Below, piece by piece: positions 53,833 through 64,000 of a stretch of 64,000 nucleotides of DNA; within the stretch, counting starts at the first letter, position 1, and each line of letters opens with the position of its first letter. The notes below the pieces were generated by a model. The model worked only from the letters and a program-made list of their open reading frames with translations. It did not search any database and was not told the origin of the DNA. Source of the DNA: Squalus acanthias. Lineage: Eukaryota. The stretch lies in assembly GCA_030390025.1 (NCBI GenBank), contig CM059431.1, positions 111,106,001 to 111,170,000 of the forward strand, read 5' to 3'. Both the position numbers and the translations under genes were made by a program.

Positions 53833-54049
53833 TGGTAGAAGTTTGGAACTTTCTTCCGCAAACGGCAGTTGATGTTCGGTCGATTGTTAATTTTAAATCT
53901 GAGATTGCTAGATTTTTGTTAACCAAAGGTATTAAGGGATATGGGGCAAAAGCAGGTATGTGGAGTTAGGTCATGGATCAGCAATGATCTCATTAAATGG
54001 CAGAACAGGCTCAAGGGGCTAAATGGCCCCCTCCTGTTCCTATGTTCCT
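53833..54049 (+). mobile_element. CR1 LINE extreme 3' fragment (third subfamily)
   Basis: VEVWNFLPQ...FKSEIARFLLTKGIKGYG plus 3' UTR GATCAGCAATGATCTCATTAAATGG...CTCCTGTTCCTATGTTCC, homologous to the other CR1 tails in the window. Confidence 0.85.
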
Positions 54050-55312
54050 TTGTGCAAATAGATGGAGACCATCTCGCAATACCTAAACAGATGCTTTTCA
54101 GTGTGTAACAATAATCTAAAAATATCTGGAAATTATATATAAATAGCAGAGTCCACAGAAAACGTAAGTAAAGGGTAATAATTAAAATAGTGATTAAACA
54201 GAATAGTTAATTCTTAATTCGCTAGAAGATTTCAAATATAGCACAATATCAGCTTACTTCCTCATACTGTTTTTAGACCCCCTACATCAATTTCTTCCAT
54301 CAGTTTAAATTACATTGAAATTAGAAACATGGAAACAGGCTGTTTGGCCTAACCAGACCGTGTTAGGAATTAGGATATTAAAAACATATGGCTCACATGA
54401 GGTAAGGATTCTTCTGGCTACTGTGTACAGAAACATCATAAATGTCTTTCTGGAGACCTCCTCTTTCTTGCAAAATCTTTTAGAATGTGTTTACAATTTT
54501 GCTGGAAATGCCAAATAGAGGATTGATCTCCAGAAACATGCCTGTGATACCATTACAGTTAGTGATCACCATCCCTGGAAAACCCTCATGAAAAATGATT
54601 ACCTAATCATCATTGGATTTTAAAGAGTAGGTGGGTGGGTCGACAAAATGTACCGTTTGTTTCAATACATCAACAAAATAGCTCTGCGTCTTTGAGCAGA
54701 GAACCTCTTACTTTATCCAACACATAATTTACTTACATGCCCATTTACTAAAGTTCATAATGGACCAAAATGATATGGTTCCTGTTCACATAATCCCTAG
54801 ACTATTTATGCATGGTTTACCAACCTCAGGCGCGGGTAGTTACCATCTGCTCCAAATGAAACTGCAATTTTACTATATTATCCATATTTTCTTTTAGTAT
54901 TTGCTTGTGTTAAAGATTTCAAGAAATTGTAGATATGAACATCAATATATAATACATTGTGGTCAATGATTGATTTCATGAGGAAAGCTTTTCTTAAGGA
55001 ATAGTTTGTATCACATTGCAAAACAAAAGGGTTTGCCTTGTGTAAAATCTTTAATGAATATAAAAGGCGTGGTATAAGTACAAGGATGGGTAGAGTAGCA
55101 TATGAACTGGGCTGAATATGAGAGAATAATACAGAAATTATTACTGTCTGGCCCAGTTGGGATCTGCTATTTTTCTAGTTGCTTTTATATAATGGACCAG
55201 CCATTTTAACCCACCACATTTTATAATATTAACTATGACATCAGCTCATCCAAAACTCTGCTGTCATATCCAATTCTACACCAGGTCCTACTTGCTGGCC
55301 TACACAGGCTTC

Positions 55313-56089
55313 TTTTTAATTCATTCACAGGATGTGGGCGTCGCTGGCAAGGCCAGCATTTATTGCCCATCCCTAATTGCCCCTTGAGAAGGTGGTGGTG
55401 AGCCGCCTTCTTGAACCGCTGCAGTCTGTGTGATGAAGGTACTCCCACAGTGCTGTTAGGCAGGGAGTTCCAGGATTTTGACCCAGCGACGATGAAGGAT
55501 CGGCGATAAATTTCCAAGTCAGGATGGTGTGTGACTTGGAGGGGAACTTGGAGATCGTGGTGTTCCAATGCACCTGCTGCCCTTGTCCTTCTAGGTAGTA
55601 GAGGTCGCAGGTCTGGGAGGTGCTGTCGAAGAAGTCTTGGCGAGATGCTACAGTGCATCTTGTAGATGGTACACACTGCAGCCACGGTGCGCCGGTGGTG
55701 GAGGGAGTGAATGTTTAACGTGATGGACGGGGTGCCAATCAAGCGGGCTGCTTTGTTCTGGATTGGTGGAAAGGCTTTGCGGAGTCAGGAGTTGAGACAC
55801 TCGCCACAGAATACCCAGCCTCTGACCTGCTCTTATAGCCACAGTATTGATGTGGCTGGTCTAGTTAAGTCTCTGGTCAATGGTAACCACCAGGATGTTG
55901 ATGGTGGGGGGGGTTCGGCGATGGTAATGCTGTTAAATGTCAAGGGGCGGTGGTTCGACTCTCGCTTGTTGGACATGGTCATTGCCTAGCACTTGTGTGG
56001 CACGAAAATTACTTGCCACCTATCAGCCCAAGCCTGAATGTCGAATGGAGAGTATTCCATCACACCCTGACTTGTGCCTTGTAGATGGT
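55313..56089 (-). mobile_element. Non-LTR retrotransposon 3' fragment (CR1/Jockey group, family uncertain), internally rearranged
   Basis: ORF2 C-terminal motifs AGQRLGILWRV, KAARLIG, SLHHRRTVAAVCTIYKM, SKSWNSLP. 3' tail GCAATAAATGCTGGCCTTGCCAGCGACGCCCACATCC followed by an A-rich end. Confidence 0.85.
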
Positions 56090-56629
56090 GAAGATGCTTT
56101 GAGTGCTCTACAAATGCAAATTGTTGCTATTGTTGATCTGTGGTAACGTCAAAGTCAATGAAACCTGCAAAGGGAATTATGAATAAGCACCTTTATTTAA
56201 CCCTTCCAACAGGAAGCTTGAGTCACTGGCTTAAGAATTGTTAAGCAGTAATGAAAGAGAGCGCATAAATATATCAGTAGTTTTCATCGTAACTGAGACA
56301 GTTTAGTGTGAGTTAAAAGTAATTGTTGAAGCAAAAGTTAGTTTAAAAGTGAGTATGCACACACCTCATTCATTACTGCTATTGATCACTTATCCCATTC
56401 ACAGGGATACAAGAGAAAATATACCCGTTTCAAAATTATAATTCAAAAACTTCCTGAGCCCCTAACGTCAGCTAAATGGTTTACAGACAAGTTTCAAATT
56501 ATAGTGTCAGTAGCACCAACAGTGAACAGGATCTTCACACAGTGTTGCATGCAGGATACAATTAAACTCTGAAATCCACATAGTGAGTGAGTATACCGTG
56601 GGCTTCACAGCGCTGAGAGAACTAACAAC

Positions 56630-56960
56630 AGTGTTTCTTTGTGTTGAACTAGGAGAAGTAAACCAGAGGTCATGACTGTAATCTAAGAAAACTTCGAGCT
56701 AAATGTAACTTAAGGAGTAACTACCTCACCCAATTTACAGAATAGATCGTGAACCAATGGAATAAATGCGAATTTGACTGTAGAATTTAGAAAAGAAATG
56801 GGCAAATTCCGTGTTCAACAGAGGGTAGAAGACTAAAGTTATGGCACCAAGGGACGAGAGGTATTAAAATAGTTTGAGCAGGTCTTATTGTGTGAATTAG
56901 ACAAGTTGAGCAAGGTTGGCAGAAAGGCTGTTTTTTTTGTTCTTCTGTTTTTATGACCAC
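56630..56960 (+). mobile_element. Old, highly decayed CR1-like 3' end
   Basis: TRGHDCNLRKLRAKCNLRSNYLTQ...VNQWNK resembles the TRGHSLK...RNFFTQRVVNLWN motif, followed by a T-rich tail. Confidence 0.5.
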
Positions 56961-57849
56961 GAGTGTCTAATGTTAATTTTTGAGAACAAGGTTATGCAAT
57001 AGTTCTTTGACAGTACAGTGTTATTATTGTAAGATCTTCAGGTTATTAAACGTAGAAGAATAGTTGAATGGAAAATAAAGCAAAAAATATTAAAAATGAA
57101 AAACGAACATACTATAATAAAGAACGATTAGGAAGTGAGAAAGGAGTGAGACAGAAAATAATGTTGAAATATTGGAAGGCAGGTATTTAAACAAAAATCA
57201 TTTCAGCAGTTGCATGACTGCAAAAATTAATTATTACTGTCAATGTAATGATTGGCTCTTTGGATTTACCATAGTTTGGGCATTGCGCTACATGCTACCT
57301 TTAACTAAGCTGATATTACAAATGGACCGAATTTGTTCAGTAAAGCAATTAATATATTTGTTTACAATTTAATGGAAATGTAAAGTGCAAAGAATTAAGT
57401 GAATACGATCAAGTACAAATATTAAAGCTAATTATAATCAACAAAATCCATAATCCATTGCCTTGTTCAAGAGCTGTTTTTGCAGATGAACAGTGTCTTC
57501 CTTCTGATGAAATCTTAAGGCTCAGATTGAACTGCTGAACTGAAAAACTGCGGTTTCAATCTGTTCAGCATCAGAGGTATTTTCACCAGGAACTCTCAAT
57601 AATATCTTTTCCCAGGCAAAATAAATCAATGATTCATGGTATCCCATTAGCAAGGAGATGCTGGCAGTATGGATTCTCAAGCAAGCAGATGATATCGCTC
57701 TTTCAAAAAAAATATTGGCAGGTAACATAAAGAGAAATAGAAAATTTCACAAACATGTTACTCCTATAAACTCCGTGGATCATGAGCCCAGCAGTTATGC
57801 CAAGATTGCACCCACTGGTGCCCTCCAGCATTGACCCGACTGGAGTCAA

Positions 57850-58167
57850 ACTCAAAGGAGGAAAGGCAATGAGTCCTGATGGTAGGCATCATATGTCAAG
57901 AGAGGAAATAGCAGAGGATCTGACCAGAATCTTTCAAACGTCCTTGGATATGGAAGTTGTGCCAAAGGACTGAAATATTTCCTCTATTCAAAAAGGAAGC
58001 AAAGGATCAACCAGGTTGCTACAGACCAGCTAGCCTAACATTGGTAGTGGGAAACCTTCTAGATCATAATGTGGGATAAAATGAATACTGAAAAAGATGG
58101 GTTAATTCAGGGCACCCATCACAAGGCAAGTTATGTCTGATTAATGTTAAAATGTTGAGGAAGTAAT
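57850..58167 (+). mobile_element. Decayed CR1 ORF2 internal fragment (N-terminal RT region)
   Basis: LKGGKAMSPDG...EEIAEDLTRIFQTSLDMEVVPKD, then DQPGCYRPASLTLVVG, matching KSPGPD..HPR / PEDW / NYRPVSLT. Confidence 0.75.
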
Positions 58168-58747
58168 AGCATGCAACAGTAGACAAGTCCCCTCCCCCAA
58201 CTCGGGTGCCCACCCATTCCCAAGGGTGTTTCGAAGTCTAGATGAGAGCCTGGGGATGAAAATCAGCTGAACTCAGAAATTCATCTGGGTTCAGCAGTCA
58301 AGCACGCTGACCAATTTGTGTTGGGGGTGGGGGTGCAGTTGGAGGAAAATTAACCCCATGCACTCTAGTAGTTACAGACCTGAAAAACACTATGACATTA
58401 TCTAAGGGGAAATGTTTCAACCCAGAACAAATGCGTAAGCATTAAGTTTTAAATCGCTGTTAGTCTGCACAACTGTTATATTATAGTGGTGCTACTGCTG
58501 ATAGTCTTTGCAGAGTTCGAGCAGTAAACCTGGAACACTAATAGGTGTTCAATTTCCCCCCCCTTCAATGGCAGGGAACTGCCACTATGACTTAAGGAAC
58601 TGTTTAGTAGCACATGCCACCTCTTAATCCTTTTTGTGCTGTCATTAAATTCAGCAGAGTTTAAATATGCTAAGCGGCTCAGATTTTCCTGCATCAGTGA
58701 GATCGATGACGTACACTGTAAATTTCGACATCTAGCGTGCCGAACTC

Positions 58748-58832
58748 CCCAACCAGCGGAAATAGTTTCTCTCTCTCTACCCTATCAGTTTCCCTTAATA
58801 TCTTGAAAACTTTGATCAATTCGCCCCTTAAT
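58748..58832 (-). mobile_element. Short CR1 ORF2 fragment
   Basis: The minus strand reads LRGELIKVFKILRETDRVEREKLFPLVG, equivalent to MRGDLIDAYKIITGLDRVDAGRMFPLAG in the long CR1. Confidence 0.65.
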
Positions 58833-59047
58833 TGACCAGCTCTCTTCTGGGGCCACTGGCAGGTTTGGGTATGGGAGGGGGGTGAGGTGATCCTGAAAAG
58901 GCAGGGGGAAGGCCATGATCCGCATCAGCAGGAGCCGGATTATATATTGTGGTCCCAGGGGGAGCATTTCCTGGACCCTCAAAAATAAAAATTAACAATT
59001 TCTTCGGCCTGTTTTTCTTTGAGCAGCCTCCAAAGGTCCCTTGAAGG

Positions 59048-59106
59048 AATAAAAACAGAAAATGCTGCAAACACTCAGCAGATCAGGCAGCATCTGTGGA
59101 GAGAGA
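59048..59106. mobile_element. Penelope-like terminal repeat fragment
   Basis: AATAAAAACAGAAAATGCTGCAAACACTCAGCAGATCAGGCAGCATCTGTGGAGAGAGA matches the arms at 46383-46691. Confidence 0.6.
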
Positions 59107-59107
59107 T

Positions 59108-59510
59108 GGCCCCAATTATAACTGCCCCTACGGGTATTAGTTACCCCCACTGATCTCGCTTCCTTTCCAACGTGTCCCCATCTTTAGAGCAGGCGAGCAA
59201 GACACCCGCAGGAAGGAAGCGGGGTCTTGATTTAAATATGCAGATCGGGTCCGATGATGTCGTTAGGACCTGACATCACCCAGGGGCCAGAGCGGGGGCC
59301 CAAGTGGGCGGTGGGGGGGGCAGTGTCGGCTCCTCCGTCAGGCAAAACCTGCCGGGAGCCGGATCCTGGGCTAGGAGAGGCCCAGCTGGTAAGCTTCAAA
59401 TATATTCTTCAGATATTTTTTGTAGGCCAGAAGAGGCAGGAGTGCTTCTCCGAGCCTCACATCTTTAAGCAGCCTGCTCACCTATTTACAGGCCCACCTG
59501 AGTATCGCAT
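59108..59510. mobile_element. GC-rich MITE-like relic, unclassified
   Basis: Starts GGCCCC and shares a degenerate TTTGT(A/G)GGCCA..GAG..GCA...CTCC motif with about 44940-44990 and about 58945-58990. Boundaries are approximate. Confidence 0.3.
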
Positions 59511-59619
59511 CAGACGAGCTTCTAAGAACATAAGAACATAAGAAATAGGAGCAGGAGTAGGCCATGCGGCCCTTCGAGCCTGCTCCGCCATTCAATGAGA
59601 TCATGGCTGATCATCGACC

Positions 59620-62600
59620 TCAACTCCATTCACCAGCCCTATCGCCATATCCCTTCATGCCTTTACTAGTCAGAAATCTATCCACTTCTGTTTTGAATAT
59701 ACCCAATGACTGAGCCTCCACACCCCTCTGGGGTAGAGAATGCCAAAGATTCACCACCCTCTGTGTGAAGAAATTTCTTCTCATCTCAGTCCTGAATGGC
59801 CTACCCTTTATCCTGAGGCTGTGGCCCCTGGTTCTAGACTCCCCAGCCAAGGGAAACATTCTCCCAGCATCCACCCTATCAAGCCCTGTAATAATTTTGT
59901 ATGCATCAATGAGATCTCCTCTCATTCTTCTGAATTCAAGAGAATACAGGCCTAGTTTACTCAATCTCTTCTCATACGACAGTCCCGCCATCCCAGGAAT
60001 CAATCATGTGAACCTTCGTTGCACTCCCTCTATGGCAAGTATATCCTTCCTTAGGTAAGGAGACCAAAATTGTACACAGTACTCTAGCTGTGGTCTCAAC
60101 AAGGCCCTATATAATTGGAGTAAGACTTCTTTACTCCTGTGCTCAAATCCTCTTGTAATGAAGGCCAGCACACCATTTGCCTTCCTAATGGCTTGCTGCA
60201 CCTGCACGTTCACTTTCAGTGACTCATGTACAAGGACACCCCAGACCCTTTGAGCATCTGCATTCCCCAATCTTTCACCATTTAGGAAATACTCTGCCTT
60301 TCTGTTTTTTCTACCAAAGTGGATAACTTCACATTTATCCACATTATATTCCATCTGCCATGTTCTCGCCCACTCACTGAGCCTGTCGAGATCCCCTTGA
60401 AGCCTCTTCATATCTTCTTCACAACTGACACTGCCACCTAGCTTTGTATCATCAGCAAATGTGGAAATGTTACATTTAGTCCCCTCATCCAAATCATTGA
60501 TATAGATTGTGAATAGCCGGGGCCCAAGCACCGATCCTTACGGTACCCCACTAGTCACAGCCTGCCATCCTGAAAAAGACCCGTTTATCCCTATTTGTTT
60601 TCTGTCTGTTAACCAATTCTCAATCCATGCTAGTATATTACCCCAATTCCATGTGCCCTAATTTTGTTCACCAACCTCTTGTGTGGGACCTTATCGAAGG
60701 CCTTCTGAAAATCCAGATACACCACATCTACTGGTAACCCTTTGTCTACTCCACTAGTTACATGCTCAAAGAACTCCAATAGGTTTGTCAAACAGGATTT
60801 CCCTTTCATAAATCCATGTTGACTCTGTCCAATCTTACTATTAGTTTCTAAGTGCCCAGTTATTGCATCTTTTATAATAGATTCCAGCATTTTCCCAACT
60901 ACTGATGTGAGGCTAACAGGTCTGTAGTTCCCCGTTTTCTCTCTCTCTCCTTTCTTAAATAGCAGGGTTACATTTGCTATCCACCAATCTGCAGGAACCT
61001 TTCCGAATCTATAGAATTTTGGAAGATGACAACCAATGCGTCCACTATCCCAATGGCCACCTCTTTCAAAACCCTAGGATGTAGGTCATCTGGTCCTTGG
61101 GATTTATCGACTTTTAGTCCTGTTAATTTTGCTAGTACTGTTTTTTTACTAATAATAATTTCTTTCTTTAAGTTCCTCATTCTCACCACACCCTTGGTTT
61201 TCTCATATTTCTGGGAGATTTTTTGTGTCTTCCTCCGTGAAGACAGAAACAAAGTATTTATTTAATTTCTCTGCCATTTTCTCATTCCCCATTATAAATT
61301 CTCCCATCTCTGACTGTAAAGGACCTACATTTACCTTCGCCTGTCTTTTCCTTTTCACATATCTATAGAAGCTTTTACAATCCGTTTTTATATTTTTCGC
61401 TAGTTTGTGTTCATATTCCATTTTCCCTTTCTTTATCAATTTCTTCGTCGCCTTTTGCTGATTTCTAAAAAGATCCCAATCCTCAGGCTGACCGCTTTTT
61501 CTGGCAACTTTATAAGCTTCCTCCTTTGACTTAATACTAGCTTTAATTTCTTTTGTTAGCCATGGTTGAATCTCTTTTCCTTTTGGGTTTTTATGCCCTA
61601 GAGGAATATATGTTTGTTGCAAATTATGCATTATTTCCTTGAATGTTAGCCATTGTATCTCCACCTTCATACCTTTTAGTGTTGTCTCCCAATCTACCAT
61701 GGCCAACTTGTCCCTCATACCCTTGTAGTTTCGTCTGTTTAGGTTGAAGACCTTAGTTTCAGATTGGACTACATCACTCTCAAACTTAATGTAAAATTCA
61801 ATCATATTATGGTCACTTGTCCCTAAAGGCCCCTTTACCACAAGATTATTGATTAGCACTTTCTCATTGCATAGTACCAGATCCAGAATAGCCTGTTCCC
61901 TGGTTGGTTCCTCCACATACTGATCCAGGAAACCATCTCGCATGCATTCCAAGAATTCGTCCTCCACACCATTAGTGGTAATTTGATTTGTCCAGTCAAT
62001 ATGTAGATTAAAGTCCCCCATGATTACAGTATTGCCCTTGTTACATGCACTTCTAATTTCTTGATTGATACTGTGCCCTACATTACCATTACTGTTTGGT
62101 GACTTATACACAACTCCCACCAATGTTTTCCGCTCTTTGCTGTTTCTTAGCTCCACCCAAACTGATTCCAGTTCTACATCACGATCTGCCGAGCCAAGAT
62201 CTTTTATCTCTACCGTACCGATCTCATCCCTTATTAACCGCGCTATGCCACCTCCTTTTCCTTTCTGTCTGTCCTTCCTAAATGTTGAGTACCCTGGAAC
62301 ATTCAGTTCCCAGCCTTGGTTACCCTGCAACCATGTCTCTGTAATGTCAAGTACATCATACCCATTTACTTCTATTTGTGCCATTAATTCATCCACCTTG
62401 TTGTGAATGCTACGTGCATTTAGATAAAGTGCCTTCAACTTTGCCTGCTCAAGATTTTTCTGCACTATGACCCTCTTTACTGTTGGTCTTTGTTTCTGCT
62501 CCCTACTAGTTTTGCTGACTACTTTTCTAACTTTCACTTCCAGCTTTGTTTCTCTCCATTCTGGGCCCACACTTAGGTTCCCAGCCCCCTGACAAACTAG

Positions 62601-62675
62601 TTTAATCCATCCCAACAGCATTAGCAAACCCCACTGCGAGGATATTGGTCCCGGTTCTGCTGAGGTGTAACCCAT
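59620..62675 (-). pseudogene. CR1 ORF2: apurinic endonuclease plus reverse transcriptase, disrupted
   Basis: APE motifs YLNARS, ITETWL, VIMGDFN, ILDLVL, SDHNMI. RT motifs QHGFMKGKSCLTNL, LDFQKAFDKVPH, FADDTKL. Frameshifts near 61200-61250, 60980 and 60630. TAA replaces Q in GVPQGS (60538-60540) and there is a TGA at 60004-60006. Confidence 0.93.
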
Positions 62676-63499
62676 CCAGCTTGTACAGGTCCCACCTTCC
62701 CCAGAATTGGTCCCAATGCCTCAGGAATTTAAATCCCTCCCTCCTACACCATCTCTCCAGCCACTCAATCATCTGGTCTATTCTCCTATTTCTGCTCTCG
62801 CTAGCACGTGGCACTGGGAGTAATCCTGAGATTACTGCCTTTGGGGTCCTGCTTTTTAATTTATTTCCTAGCTCCCTATATTCTGTTTGCAGGACCTCGT
62901 CCCTCTTTCTACCTATGTCGTTGGAACCGATATGGACCACGACCTCTGGCTGTTCACCCTCCCCCTTCAGAATGTCCTTCAGCCATTCATTGACATCCTT
63001 GACCTAGGCACCAGGGAAGCAACATACTATCCTGGAGTCACGTCTGCGGCCACAGAAACGTCTATCTGTTCCCCTTACGATAGAATCCCCTATCACTATT
63101 GCTCTCCCACTCTTTTTCCTCCCCTCCTGTGCAGCTGAGCCACTCATACTGCCACGGACTTGGCTCTTGCTGCATTCCCCTGAGAAACCAACAGTATCCA
63201 AAACGGAAAATCTGTTGGAGAGGGAGATGGACCCTTCCTAGTTCTTTTATTCTGTCTGGCAGTCACCCATTCCCTTTCTGACTGTGGACTCTTTACCTGC
63301 GGTGTGACCACCTCGTTAAACGTGCTATTCACGTAGATCTCAGCCTCGCGGATGCTCCACAGTGACTCCAGCCGCTGCTCCAGATCTGAAATGCGGATTT
63401 CGAGCAGCTGCACACGTGTTCGCCCTGGACACTGAAAGTGTCCCTGACTTCCCACATAGCACAGGAGGAGCACTCCATGCTGCCGAGCTTCCCTGCCAT
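62602..63499 (-). pseudogene. CR1 ORF1: Cys-motif/coiled-coil N-terminus plus SGNH (GDSL) esterase domain, frameshifted
   Basis: ATG at 63499 gives MAGKLGSMECSSCAMWEV, then heptad-like LLEIRISDLEQRLESL and esterase blocks AIVIGDSIVRG, VVHIGSNDI and DGLHL spread over several frames. Confidence 0.88.
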
Positions 63500-64000
63500 G
63501 TCCTACCCTTAATTTACTCCCTTTACTTCCTCTAAATTAAAGAATATTAAATACACTAGGGACCTTACTTCACTTTAAACACTACTTACTCTAAACTAGA
63601 GACCTTACTTTTACTTTAACGACTGGACTGTAGAAATACTCACCAGGTCCTACTTACCAATCAGCTCCTTCCCTGGTTTTCACGTCACTTCAGCGGTTTT
63701 GCAGTTGTTGTTGTTGTTGTTTGACTGCTCCCGCTCTCGGACACTTTCCTGGGTGTAAAGTAAGAACCAATTCCTACAGGGTGAAAAGTTAGGGAAAGCA
63801 AAGGCGAAGCAAGGGAGCTCCTCCTTCCACTCCTCACCCACCTAACTCCCTCACTCACCCAACTCTCAGCACTCTGTTCAAACCGCACTTAGTGCAGATC
63901 GCACTGTGAAGCCTGTTTTTATAGGCCTAGTTTCCCTAATTAACTGCCTTTAGCTGCTCTGAATTATCCTCTGCCTTCTCCGGGGCTGCTGACTCCTTTC

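Larger units (their letters stand above)
59523..63930 (-). mobile_element. Near full-length CR1 LINE (about 4.4 kb), inactivated
   Basis: 5' UTR, ORF1 and ORF2 in the canonical order with a (TTCTTATG)n 3' tail ending at 59523. The 5' boundary is approximate. Confidence 0.95.

Noticed and set aside
57522..57728. 68-aa minus-strand ORF in unique sequence
   Set aside because: Short, with no recognisable homology and no supporting splice or promoter signals.
51897..63281. Plus-strand ORFs such as 51897-52310, 59765-60058, 62065-62406 and 62645-63007
   Set aside because: They are antisense shadows of CR1 ORF1/ORF2, not independent genes.
45025..63721. Short simple repeats: C/CA tract at about 45025-45072, poly-G at about 46109-46124, (TG)n at about 49877-49889, (GTT)n at 63704-63721
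   Set aside because: Ordinary microsatellite or low-complexity tracts with no further structure.

Overview
Eukaryotic, very probably cartilaginous-fish (shark) genomic DNA, judged from the Deu-type SINEs and the CR1, L2, RTE and Penelope repeats. Bases 1-43641 are one uninterrupted, single-orientation tandem array of a 19-bp monomer (consensus CACCTGTCAGTCACCAGTA, roughly 2300 copies, open at the left edge). The array is organised into nested higher-order modules. Each consensus monomer carries a PBX-PREP/MEIS decamer (TGANTGACAG on the minus strand) overlapping an E-box, and many variants add an adjacent CCAAT. The dozens of long plus-strand ORFs there are a by-product of a stop-free monomer. 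The array ends abruptly 30 bp upstream of a candidate 162-nt symmetric exon, so it may be a giant intronic satellite. Bases 43642-64000 are TE-rich unique sequence: three Deu-SINE copies, L2 fragments (one inverted EN/RT junction), several CR1 fragments, a near full-length but disabled CR1 (esterase ORF1 plus APE-RT ORF2), a Harbinger-like MITE with TIR and TSD, an RTE 5' segment, and a Penelope-like inverted terminal repeat with a minimal hammerhead ribozyme motif. No host protein gene, tRNA, rRNA or CRISPR array could be identified with confidence. Family assignments are from motif recognition by eye, not database searches.
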